A stretch of 28,832 nucleotides of DNA from contig CAYUNT010000034.1 in the NCBI GenBank assembly GCA_964446285.1, positions 1 to 28,832 of the forward strand, in the 5' to 3' direction. Each line of letters begins with the position of its first letter. Position 1 is the first letter of the stretch. The position numbers and the translations under genes were made by a program. Source of the DNA: an uncultured Candidatus Sumerlaeota bacterium (lineage in GTDB: Bacteria; Sumerlaeota; Sumerlaeia; SLMS01; CAYUNT01). Below are positions 8,253 through 17,500 of this stretch, in pieces. The notes under the pieces are model-generated. The model made no database searches. It saw nothing but the letters and a program-made list of their open reading frames with translations, and was not told the origin of the DNA.

Positions 8253-10109
8253 ATGCACCTCGTGGAACTCAATTGGATCGACTGGGTGGTCATCGTTGCC
8301 TATTTTGTGATCTCGCTTGCGGTGGGTCTGTATTACAGCAAACGCGCCGGATCGAGCCTTGTGGAGTATTTCATTTCGGGACGCTCACTGCCCTGGTGGG
8401 TGGCGGGCACCTCGATGGTGGCGACGACATTCGCCGCCGACACGCCGCTGGCCGTGACAGGCCTGGTGGCCAAATTCGGCTTGGCGGGCAACTGGTTCTG
8501 GTGGGCGATGGCCGTCGGCGGAATGCTGACTGTGTTTGTGTTTTCGCGCCTGTGGCGGCGCGCCGAGGTGCTCACCGACGTGGAATTGATCGAGATGCGC
8601 TATAGCGGGCGCCCCGCGGCTTTCCTGCGCGGATTTCGCTCGATTTATCTCGCTCTGCCCATCAACTGCATCATCATGGGCTGGGTGACGAGCGCGATGG
8701 TAAAGGTGCTCAAGGTGACGGTATTTGCCGGTTCCGCCGCGGCGGCATCGGGAGACAAAGACCTTCTCATCATCGCCGCCTGTCTGATCGTCGTGGGGAT
8801 TTACAGCGCGCTTTCGGGGTTGTGGGGCGTTGCCATTACGGACTTTATCCAATTCATCATGGCGATGGGCGGATGCATTCTGCTGGCGGTTCTTGCCGTG
8901 CGGCGCGTTGGGGGAATGGAAGCGCTGCAATCGCAAGTGGCCACGAATTTCGGCAGCGGCGATCAGGCGTTTCGCTTTTTCCCCGATTTCTCCCAATCCG
9001 GGGCATGGATGCCGCTTCAGATGTTTCTGATCTATCTGTTCGTGATTTGGTGGGCCTCGTGGTATCCGGGCGCCGAGCCGGGCGGCGGCGGATACGTGGT
9101 GCAGCGCATGGCGTCGTGCAAGGACGAACGCCATTCGCTGCTGGCCACCTTATGGTTCCAGGTGGCACATTACTGCGTGCGCCCGTGGCCGTGGCTTCTG
9201 GTAGCGTTCGCGGCGCTCGTGATGCATCCCGAACTGCGAACCAACTGGATCAAGGACCCCGGTTACGATCCGGGAATTGGCTTCCCGATGCTGATGCGCG
9301 ACCTGCTTCCGGCGGGGTTGCGCGGATTGCTGCTTGTGGCGTTTTTTGCGGCGTTTATGTCCACGCTGGCCACGCAGATCAACTGGGGCGCATCGTATTT
9401 GGTGAGCGATTTTTACAAACGATTTGTGCGGCCGGACGCGAGCGAGAAACAGCTGGGCAAGATGTCGCGCTGGGCCACAGTGCTGATGCTCGTCTGCGGC
9501 GGCGCCACTGCGCTGTGGATGGTCAAGGCGAACGTCTCGGTCGATGCGGCCTGGAAATTCCTGGCGGCGCTCGGGGCGGGCGCGGGGGCCGTGTTTATCC
9601 TGCGATGGTTCTGGTGGCGCATCAACGCCTGGTCCGAAATCGCGGCGATGGTGGCCTCACTCGTGTATTTTGTGTTTTTCAAGGTGCTAGGATTTGTTTT
9701 GGTGAAAATTGGCGGTCCGAAAGCCCTGCCCGCGGTGCTGGCGACCGATGAGTATCTGCTGGCGCTTGTGGCCGCGCTCACCGTGCCTACGTGGCTGGTG
9801 GTTACATTCGTTACGCGCCCCGAGCCGATGGAGACTCTCAAACAATTCTTCCGCAAAACGCGCCCCGGGGGGCCGGGATGGGGTCCGGTGGCGCGCCAGC
9901 CGCCCGATGCGAAGGGCGACCAAAACCTGGGTCTTTCGATTGCGTGCGCTCTGCTGGGCATTGCGCTTGTGTATTTTACCCTGCCCGGCCTTGGGTATTT
10001 GCTGTTTGGCCAGTATGGAAAAGCGATCGCATGTCTTTGTGGTTCTGTAATCTGCGGCGCGGGGATTGTGTTCCTGCTCAACCGCAGTTGGAAAGAAATC
10101 GCGCGCTAG
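8253..10109 (+). CDS. Sodium:solute symporter (SSS/SLC5 family) permease
   Basis: 618-aa polytopic ORF. The N-terminal region ...YFISGRSLPWWVAGTSMVATTFAADT... fits the SSS family signature. A GGAAAGGG SD-like run lies immediately upstream of the ATG. Confidence 0.85.
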   Translation: MHLVELNWIDWVVIVAYFVISLAVGLYYSKRAGSSLVEYFISGRSLPWWVAGTSMVATTFAADTPLAVTGLVAKFGLAGNWFWWAMAVGGMLTVFVFSRLWRRAEVLTDVELIEMRYSGRPAAFLRGFRSIYLALPINCIIMGWVTSAMVKVLKVTVFAGSAAAASGDKDLLIIAACLIVVGIYSALSGLWGVAITDFIQFIMAMGGCILLAVLAVRRVGGMEALQSQVATNFGSGDQAFRFFPDFSQSGAWMPLQMFLIYLFVIWWASWYPGAEPGGGGYVVQRMASCKDERHSLLATLWFQVAHYCVRPWPWLLVAFAALVMHPELRTNWIKDPGYDPGIGFPMLMRDLLPAGLRGLLLVAFFAAFMSTLATQINWGASYLVSDFYKRFVRPDASEKQLGKMSRWATVLMLVCGGATALWMVKANVSVDAAWKFLAALGAGAGAVFILRWFWWRINAWSEIAAMVASLVYFVFFKVLGFVLVKIGGPKALPAVLATDEYLLALVAALTVPTWLVVTFVTRPEPMETLKQFFRKTRPGGPGWGPVARQPPDAKGDQNLGLSIACALLGIALVYFTLPGLGYLLFGQYGKAIACLCGSVICGAGIVFLLNRSWKEIAR

Positions 10110-10123
10110 GCGGCGGCAAATCT

Positions 10124-10156
10124 GCTGTCAATTATTGAGCACTTGCAGCTTTTTTC
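10124..10156 (+). terminator. Candidate intrinsic terminator after the symporter gene: imperfect 7-bp stem (gctgtcaa / ttgcagc), 11-nt loop, T6 tract
   Basis: Read directly: gctgtcaattattgagcacttgcagcttttttcgg. The stem has a 1-nt bulge. It sits at the left edge of the lower-GC island. Confidence 0.3.
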
Positions 10157-10167
10157 GGAGAAGTTTT

Positions 10168-10578
10168 ATGGCCGACGTGTTTTCTAAAAGAAAACGCTCG
10201 CAGGTAATGTCGGCCATCCGGTCGAAAGGCAACAAGGACACTGAGATTCGGCTCGCCGCCATTTTTCGCGCCCACAAGATAACTGGCTGGCGGCGGAGCC
10301 AAAATCTGCTTGGGAAGCCCGACTTTGTATTCCGAAGGGAACGTCTAGCCGTATTTGTGGATGGCTGCTTTTGGCACGGCTGCCCCAAACACGGCCGGAA
10401 ACCGGATTCCAACCGCGACTACTGGCTTCCCAAACTTGAGCGCAACCGCAAACGGGACGCGGAGGCGGGTCGCGCGCTTCGCAAGAAAGGCTGGCATGTT
10501 TTAAGGATTTGGGAGCATGATCTTCGGCGGGAAGAATGGGTGGCCGGGCGAGTGCGCCGGGCACTGAATGCAGGCTGA
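10168..10578 (+). CDS. vsr: Very-short-patch repair endonuclease (Vsr), a T:G mismatch nicking enzyme
   Basis: Internal ATG at 10168 gives MADVFSKRKRSQVMSAIRSKGNKDTEIRLA...LLGKPDFVFRRERLAVFVDGCFWHGCPKHG...DYWLPKLERNRKRD...GWHVLRIWEHDL. This tracks E. coli Vsr along its whole length (FVDGCFWH, PDFV, WE motifs). SD GGAGAAG plus a 4-nt spacer precedes it. Confidence 0.85.
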   Translation: MADVFSKRKRSQVMSAIRSKGNKDTEIRLAAIFRAHKITGWRRSQNLLGKPDFVFRRERLAVFVDGCFWHGCPKHGRKPDSNRDYWLPKLERNRKRDAEAGRALRKKGWHVLRIWEHDLRREEWVAGRVRRALNAG

Positions 10579-10622
10579 GGGATGCGGCAGATTATCATGT
10601 TCTGATGTAGAGCGAGCAGCCA

Positions 10623-11609
10623 ATGAATTTTTCGGCAATCGAGATTTGCGCTGGCGGTGGCGGCCAAGCCCTTGGTTTGGAGATGGCCGGTTTCTGCCAT
10701 GAAGCTCTTGTGGAATATGAACCACACTTCTGCGCCACGCTCCGTGCGAACCGCCCGCATTGGAATGTGCTTTTGAAGGATATAAGAGAATTTCAATGTG
10801 AGGAATATGCTGGCATTGATTTGGTGGCCGGTGGTGTGCCCTGTCCTCCGTTCAGCATCGCAGGCAAGCAGCTGGGCGCGGAAGATGACCGGGATATGTT
10901 TCCGGCGGCGCTCGACATCGTTGCGCGAATCCGCCCGCGCGCTGTTATGTTTGAGAATGTTCCCGGACTGGCGGCGGCGAAGTTTGAAGAATACCGCCAA
11001 AACCTGATGGCCCGGCTCTGCAGGCTCGGATATAGCCCCGCATGGAAAGTACTTCAGGCCGCGCACTATGGCGTCCCGCAGCTCCGCCCGCGTTTTGTGC
11101 TGGTGGCGCTCCGTACGCGCGAGGCCGAATTCTTCCGGTGGCCCGCGCCATCCCTGGCATTTCGCACAGTTGGCGAGACTCTTGTGGATTTGATGAGCGC
11201 AAACGGCTGGCCCGGAGCGGGTTATTGGGCGCGCAAGGCGGCGGGAATCGCGCCAACTCTTGTTGGCGGATCAAAGAAGCACGGCGGGCCAGACCTTGGC
11301 CCCACCCGAGCCAAGCGCCAATGGCGCGAACTGGGAGTGGATGGCATGGGCATTGCCGACAAGGCGCCGGACAAGTCGTTTCCGAAGGACGGACTGCCCC
11401 GCCTGACCCTGCGCATGGCCGCTCGAATCCAAAGCTTCCCCGATACTTGGGCTTTTATGGGCGGCAAAACGATTGCTTACCGCCAGATTGGAAACGCGTT
11501 CCCGCCGTTGCTGGCCAGCGCGATGGGTATGGCCTTGCGGCGGGCGCTTGCACACCAAATCTATACGGCTGTCGAAAAAAAGGTTTTCGCGGGAGTTAGC
11601 GAGCCATAA
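10623..11609 (+). CDS. DNA (cytosine-5)-methyltransferase, Dcm/Type II C5-MTase class
   Basis: Motif I IEICAGGGG, motif IV GVPCPPFS (PCxxFS), motif VI ENV (VMFENVPGL), and motif X QIGNAFPP near the C-terminus. 328 aa, which is the size of monospecific type II C5-MTases. Confidence 0.85.
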   Translation: MNFSAIEICAGGGGQALGLEMAGFCHEALVEYEPHFCATLRANRPHWNVLLKDIREFQCEEYAGIDLVAGGVPCPPFSIAGKQLGAEDDRDMFPAALDIVARIRPRAVMFENVPGLAAAKFEEYRQNLMARLCRLGYSPAWKVLQAAHYGVPQLRPRFVLVALRTREAEFFRWPAPSLAFRTVGETLVDLMSANGWPGAGYWARKAAGIAPTLVGGSKKHGGPDLGPTRAKRQWRELGVDGMGIADKAPDKSFPKDGLPRLTLRMAARIQSFPDTWAFMGGKTIAYRQIGNAFPPLLASAMGMALRRALAHQIYTAVEKKVFAGVSEP

Positions 11610-11630
11610 GCATGACTGTGGGGGATAACA

Positions 11631-12203
11631 ATGCAGGGAAAGAAATCCTCAAAAAGAAAAATACTGGAATTCCTGCTCGCCAACAAGGGACGCGTCATTG
11701 AAAGCCGTGAAATTCAAGAGGCATCCGGATGGGTGGCGGAATGGGCACGGCGTGTCAGAGAACTCAGGGATGAAGAAGGCTATCAAATCTTGTCACATAA
11801 GGATCGAGCTGACCTGAAACCTGGCCAGTATTTAGTTGAAACGGAAAAGCGCCGTCCATCTTTTCATCGCGATATTTCCAAAGAAACGCGAGCAGCCGTT
11901 TTGGAGAGGAACGGATACACCTGCCAGATGTGCGGGGTGGCGGCAGGGGATCCGGACCCGTATCATTCGGGCCGTTCGATACGTCTGACAATGGGGCATA
12001 TCATCGACAAGTCCAAAGGCGGAGATGATTCCCTGTCGAATTTGCGCGCGGTTTGCACAAACTGCAATGAAGGGCTGCAAAACGCGGCCCTTCCCAAGCC
12101 AGACAGAATCTGGCTCCTGGCTCAGGTCCGCCGCGCGACGATTGACGATCAGAAGGCCGTCCTCGACTGGCTTCTTCGCAAATTTGGCGGCGGGCAAAAG
12201 TAA
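11631..12203 (+). CDS. HNH-family nuclease with an N-terminal winged-helix-like DNA-binding domain. Candidate restriction endonuclease partner of the adjacent MTase.
   Basis: C-terminal ...ISKETRAAVLERNGYTCQMCG...TMGHIIDKSKGGDDSLSNLRAVCTNCN. This shows two CxxC zinc ligand pairs, the catalytic His in GHIID, and the Asn in SNLRA, which together form the classic HNH bba-Me zinc finger. The N-terminal 85 aa (KRKILEFLLANKGRVIESREIQEASG...) is wH-like. Lowest-GC gene in the window, judged by eye. Confidence 0.8.
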   Translation: MQGKKSSKRKILEFLLANKGRVIESREIQEASGWVAEWARRVRELRDEEGYQILSHKDRADLKPGQYLVETEKRRPSFHRDISKETRAAVLERNGYTCQMCGVAAGDPDPYHSGRSIRLTMGHIIDKSKGGDDSLSNLRAVCTNCNEGLQNAALPKPDRIWLLAQVRRATIDDQKAVLDWLLRKFGGGQK

Positions 12204-12357
12204 AGCCGCTCCATCACCTGCGTGATTTTGTTCGATTCGCATGGCTGATCTTGGTCCGCTTGCCAACCTTCCGCCCGTCATGCTAGTCAGTAAGGGAGTG
12301 GGGAGCGGAAAGGGAAGGAATACGCCAAGGCGTTGTCTTTGGAGGGATTATAGAGGC

Positions 12358-13674
12358 ATGAAGGTCTTCAACAACAGGTGGATGCGCAATTCTCTCAGGT
12401 CCTCTTTTGCTCCAAGGCGGCTGGCACAAGGGGCAATCGTTGCCGCTATGTTCGCTGCATCTTTGCCGGCTTCCGCGCTGGGACAGCAAGCGATTGGGGG
12501 GCAATCCACAATCTCCGCGGCCGCCCCGTCCTCTTCCGCCGCCCCGTCCTCTTCCGCCGCGCCTTCGACCGCCGCTTCTTCCGCCGCCGTTTCCGCCGCC
12601 TCCTCCTCCGTTGCCCCCGCGGCTTCGAATGCCGCTTCCAATCCCTCCGAAGATGCCGCTGCTGCCTCCGCCAATCCGCGCGAAGTGCTTTTGCAAAACG
12701 GCATCAATTCCGATACGGCGGCTATGCTGGCGTTTCTCGAACGCGGCTACAGCGAAGCCATGCTCGCGCGCGGACTCCCCGCCGAACCCCGCACCCGCAC
12801 GCAATTGATCAACTACATCCTCCAGATTTTTGGAGAAACCCGCCCGCCCGAGGTTGTCGAACCGGTCATCCGCCTTGCGCGGCGCGAATTCCCCGCCGGT
12901 GTGCGCCAGGTGATCCGCATGGACACGGACGGACTGGATGCGACAATGATTATGCAGGAGCGCGAGCGCCTCGAACGCGTCGTGGTTTTCAACGCTGTTG
13001 TGGCCTTGGGCTGGATTGCCGACTCGCGCGCCATCCCCGCCATTCGCGAGGTGATGCAAAAGGAATCCGCCAGCGGCTTCACCACGCAGGGTGCCATCGC
13101 GCTGGCCATGATGGGCGATTCGGGCGGGTTGCCGGGCGTTGTGGAACTCCTGCGCAAGAGCTCGCCCGACGAACAGGCCGGGGCCGCGCGCGCGCTTTAT
13201 ACGATCACGGGCCGCTATTATCCATTTTCGCCTTCGATTTCCAAGGCCCGTGCCCGCGCCACGCTCAAGGACCTCGATGAGTGGTGGAAAATCGCCGGCG
13301 TGGATTACAAACCGATTCCGGCGGAGGTTCGCGCTCGCCGCGCCGCTCCATATCCGCCGCCCCAGCCCGCGCCCGATCCAAACAGCATTCGCGCTCTGCT
13401 CGTGGCGGCGGCGGACATCGAAGGGGATTATGCCACATCATTCCAGGCGCGCCAGTTCATCGTCGAGCGCGGCGGCCAGGCGCTCCCCGAACTTGAAACC
13501 GTGGCGCTCGATCCGATGGAGGATTTGCTGATTCGCCGGACGGCCATGCGCCTTCACGTGTATATGGCGCGCCAGGATTCGAAGAAACTCTTGCGCAAAC
13601 TCAAAAGCGACGAGAATCAGCCAGTGGCCGATCTTGCGCGCTCACTTCTGAAGAGCATCGAAGAAAATCGGTAG
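12358..13674 (+). CDS. Secreted HEAT/PBS-lyase-like repeat protein with an N-terminal signal peptide and a Ser/Ala-rich low-complexity linker
   Basis: ATG 12358 (alternative ATG 12382) gives MKVFNNRWMRNSLRSSFAPRRLAQGAIVAAMFAASLPASALGQQ, a signal peptide. An AAPSSSAAPSSSAAPSTAASSAAVSAASSS linker follows. The C-terminal half has HEAT-like repeats (VVALGWIADSRAIPAIREVM..., GAIALAMMGDSGGLPGVVELL..., EQAGAARALYTI). Confidence 0.65.
   Translation: MKVFNNRWMRNSLRSSFAPRRLAQGAIVAAMFAASLPASALGQQAIGGQSTISAAAPSSSAAPSSSAAPSTAASSAAVSAASSSVAPAASNAASNPSEDAAAASANPREVLLQNGINSDTAAMLAFLERGYSEAMLARGLPAEPRTRTQLINYILQIFGETRPPEVVEPVIRLARREFPAGVRQVIRMDTDGLDATMIMQERERLERVVVFNAVVALGWIADSRAIPAIREVMQKESASGFTTQGAIALAMMGDSGGLPGVVELLRKSSPDEQAGAARALYTITGRYYPFSPSISKARARATLKDLDEWWKIAGVDYKPIPAEVRARRAAPYPPPQPAPDPNSIRALLVAAADIEGDYATSFQARQFIVERGGQALPELETVALDPMEDLLIRRTAMRLHVYMARQDSKKLLRKLKSDENQPVADLARSLLKSIEENR
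12520..12555 (+). repeat. Perfect 18-nt tandem duplication (gccgccccgtcctcttcc, 2 copies) encoding AAPSSS twice in the HEAT-protein linker
   Basis: Positions 12520-12537 and 12538-12555 are identical. A partial third copy (gccgc) follows. Confidence 0.6.
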
Positions 13675-13692
13675 GCGAGGAACGGATTTTAC

Positions 13693-13750
13693 CACGAAAA
13701 ATACGAAAAGAACGAGCAATGGGGAATCCAATTTTTCGTGTTTTTCGCGG
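13693..13750 (+). terminator. Candidate terminator between the convergent HEAT-protein and PEBP genes: 10-bp perfect inverted repeat (cacgaaaaat / atttttcgtg) with a 28-nt loop, followed by TTTTTCG
   Basis: The inverted repeat is read directly. The stem is AT-rich and the loop is large, so stability is questionable. Confidence 0.25.
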
Positions 13751-13773
13751 TAAAAAACCCGCCTTGTTGCCCG

Positions 13774-14370
13774 CTAGCGTTTGCGCCCATATTTGCCCAT
13801 GATCTGGCCTTCGCCGGCGATGCGTCCTTGCATGGCCTTTAATAAATCCGCCTTTGTGGCGCCGGGCGCGAGATCGAGCATCTGGTTTAGCGCGTAAACT
13901 TTGAAGAAGTAACGATGCAGGGTTCCAGGCGGCGGACATGGCCCCCCATAGCCGATTCGCCGGAAGTCGTTTGTGCCCTGACGCGCGCCGCTGGGCAGGG
14001 TTTTTTCGGGCGGCACGTTTTCCGCCAGATTGCGCGCGTCCGCGGGCAGGTTCCACAGCACCCAATGAACCCAAACGCCCACGGGCGCGTCGGGATCATC
14101 CACGATCAGGGCGAACGCGCGGATGGATTCCGTGGACGGAACGTCCCAGGCCAGGGGCGGCGACACATTTGCCCCATCGCATGTGTATTTGGCCGGAATC
14201 GTTTCGCCCTCCTTGAATGCCTGGCTGGTGACTGCGATTTTCATAGGTTCCCCTTTCCGGCGCTCAGCGCCTTGTGGAACGCCCGCCCATACGCAAACCG
14301 CCGCTGCCATTAACACCGCGAACGGCGCTGAGGCTGACATTGCTGTCCGGACGATTTGCCTGCGGTTCAT
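13774..14370 (-). CDS. Secreted PEBP-family protein (YbhB/YbcL-like, Raf kinase inhibitor-like)
   Basis: ...KYTCDGANVSPPLAW...DDPDAP...WVHWVLWNLPA...GYGGPCPPPG.LHRYFFKVYAL... are PEBP/YbhB signatures. The internal ATG at 14370 gives a signal-peptide-like N-terminus, MNRRQIVRTAMSASAPFAVLMAAAVCVWAG. SD GGGAG plus a 9-nt spacer precedes it. Confidence 0.8.
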   Translation of the reverse strand: MNRRQIVRTAMSASAPFAVLMAAAVCVWAGVPQGAERRKGEPMKIAVTSQAFKEGETIPAKYTCDGANVSPPLAWDVPSTESIRAFALIVDDPDAPVGVWVHWVLWNLPADARNLAENVPPEKTLPSGARQGTNDFRRIGYGGPCPPPGTLHRYFFKVYALNQMLDLAPGATKADLLKAMQGRIAGEGQIMGKYGRKR

Positions 14371-14596
14371 GGCCAACCGCTCCCATTTGAAAATACTGCA
14401 CCACGCCAATAGATATATTCCCATAATTCGCCGTGCGTGTAAAGGAATGTTTTTGCGCGGCGGATGACTCTGGAAGAGTCAAACCTGTTCTTCACCAACT
14501 TTCCCTTCGCGCGTTTCAGAGCCACCGAACGCAGCGACACGCCCAAAATGCGCCAGGTTCCTCTTCTTGGGGTGAAACGACCTGCCAGTCATTCTA

Positions 14597-17500
14597 TCAT
14601 GGATAGCAATTCCATGTAAGGGAAGCCTGGGTTGGGTGTTCGGGATACAGGGATATTCCCCAACCTCCTCCTGGCAGCGGAGAGCGGAACAGCGGACCGG
14701 ATCCAACGCTGTTGGAAGAAACGATCTGGCGATCGCCCGAAAGCGGATCAATGCCAATGACCGTATTGTTGCCTGCTGCATATAGAGTGCCGTCATATCC
14801 GATTTCGACATCGCTGCTGGAAGGCAGGGCAGGCCCGCTCCCACGACCGCCTGTGAATGCTCCCGAGACCAGCGTCACAGCGCCCGTCAGCGGATTCACT
14901 TGATAAAGAGCCGGATAATCACCAGCAAGCAGATAGGCCAGGAGCATGTTATCCCAGTTAATCGCCAGCCCGGAAAGATTATAAAGCGAGGCGATCAGGG
15001 TGCGGTTTCCGGTTGCAGGATCCACAAGCATAGGTCCCTTGCTTGAGGCCACGTAGATCGAACCGGTTGACTGAACGGCCGCATCAAGACCGGAAATGGG
15101 TGTTGGACCGGTTCCAATGATGTCAGAGGAAATGATTTGCCGGTATCCCGTTGCCGGATTTAGGAGAATAACCTCCGACAGGCTCGTGCTGGGGAAGACA
15201 AGATTGCCGTTTTCGTCCAAATCAGCGTGCCTGGCGTTCTTCCATTCCGGTCCCAACCCGTCGTTGGTGGCCGCGATGATGGTCCGATTACCGGTTCGAA
15301 TATCCACGCGGAAAATTCGACCGGTTTCGATCGTCGGAGCATCGAAGAGATACAAAGTATCCGGGGCCTTCCAAATCAGCCCGGCGGTGCAAAAGAAAGG
15401 AGGTCCTTCTCCGCGCCGCCAATCCGAAACCACGGCTCGGTTTCCGGTCACGCGGTCCACGCATAGAATACCGAGTCCATCGCTTATGCAGATCGAATTG
15501 CCCCATTGGTTTTTGTTAATCACGTTGATATGACAGTGATTTCCTGTAAGCGACTGGCTATCGGCGGTTACGGTGAAGGAGAATATATCCTGAGCGTTCG
15601 AGAAGCCCGCATGGCGATAGGAGATGCGCCCCATATTAATATCCTCCTGGGTAAACGTGTTATCCAGGGTGGTCATTGCCGTTCCGTTTCGCATAAGGGT
15701 TCCGTGCAAAGGCAGCGCGACAATCGAATACTGGATGGCAGAAGGCGGCGTGTCACTATCGAGAACATGCAGCTGCCGTTGCGTAAGGGCGGCGGATTCG
15801 CCGCGAAGGACAGTCAGGTCTTCATTTTCCGTCAGGGTCGGGGCCGCCAGTCCTCCGTTAATCCACACCTGGCATCCGCTTCCATACGGCTCGGCAATAA
15901 ACAGGTCGGGAGAGAGGTCACCATTCAAATCGCCGCATGCAATGTCGATGCCCCCTGCAACCGGCGGAAGGAACAGGGAGAAATTCCCCGATCCGTCGTT
16001 GAGCCATATCGTGCTTCGCGCAGAGGACGAATAGGTAACGGCAATCAGGTCCTCATCGTCATCGCCATCGATGTCCTTGAAGAGAACATTTTCGCTTTCC
16101 ACGGAACTGCCCAGGAACTGGCTCGATTCGGAAAAGTTGCCGGTTCCGTCATTGATCCACAGGAAAACCGGCTTTTGGAAAGCCGCGCCGCCCAGGGCAA
16201 CGTCCAAATCACCATCGCCATCCACGTCGCCCATGGCCACTGCTGTGGCGCTATAACTTCCCAGCACCTGGGCGCCGGCAGAGAAGTTGCCGGAGCCGTC
16301 GTTTATCCATACATCATTGTGACCAGACGAGGTGGCTGCGACGGCATCCATATCCCCGTCGCCATCTACGTCGCCAAGGGCCACAGCGTTGCTGACTGAA
16401 TTCCCGAGGAGCTGGTGGACAGAAAACACTCCATATCCGTTGTTGAAATACACGATATCCGGGCGCGAGGTACCAGGACCGATATTGGCCACATAAGCAT
16501 CCAGGTCGCCGTCATTGTCCAGGTCTCCGAGCGCCCCGTCGGACCCGCTCTGATTGCCCAGGTATTGACCGGAATCTGCAAAATGGCCTGTGCCGTCGTT
16601 GAAATAGACTCGATTGCCCAGCCCGAATCCGTTGATTTCAAGGGCATCGGGGAAGCCATCGCCGTTCAGATCGCCCAGCACAACCCGGTTCGCGGCATTG
16701 GATCCGATCGCCTGGCCGCTATCGGAAAAGAATCCGTTCCCGTCGTTAAGCAGAACCCGATTGGGAGGATCATAGCCGCCAGCCAGGCAAGACAGGAAGG
16801 CATCCAAATCTCCATCCCCATCAAGATCCGCCAGAGAAACGCCCGAGACGTTGGATGTGCTCAGGCGTTGCCCGCTGTCTGCAAATCCAGAAAATGGCCC
16901 GGCGCTTGAACCGATCACTTGCACCGGCAGGAGACGCATGACCTGCTGAGTTTCTGAACTGGAAATTTCGCGGGCCGATGCCGTTACGCGCAGACAAAAA
17001 TCATAAGGATTGCCGAAGGGAGGCTTGATGGCCAGCCCCGCCAGGCTCGATGAAGGGATTTCATACGCGCCAGGCCCCCCCGGCGTGCCTGCGTTGTGTT
17101 GGGCTCCGGAAGGTATGCCATCGATCGTAATCGTCAGTTGCTCCGAGCCATCCGTATCCTGCAATGAGGCCGTGATAGACAGCGGAATAAACGTATCCAT
17201 CGCACCCGAGGCGGGAGAAACCGCGAGAAGCGGGGCGTCCGTTACCGGGCTGATCTGGACAGAAACTGTTGCGGATGCGCTTGGGCTGTTTCCGTCAAAG
17301 GCATGATAAGTGAATTGAATCGTTCCCGAGTAGTTCGCGGCTGGCACGAGGTTGAATGCCCCGTCACTGTTCAATTGAAAGGACCCAACCGGAGAGGGCG
17401 GCGTATCCAGGATGGCTTGAATGGAAGAATTATCCGGATCGTGATCATTGCTCAAAACCCCTGGAGCGGCAACGCTGAGAGGCTGATCTTCCGTACCTGA

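Noticed and set aside
10110-12240. Integrase, transposase or att repeats flanking the R-M island
   Set aside because: No such gene in the window. I could not find direct repeats at the two GC-transition points, so the mobility mechanism remains unassigned rather than called.
14405-14445. Sigma70 promoter for the PEBP gene (TTTACA with possible -10 in a TATAT run)
   Set aside because: Several possible registers, none with a good -10 at 17+/-1 spacing. Too ambiguous to list as a feature.
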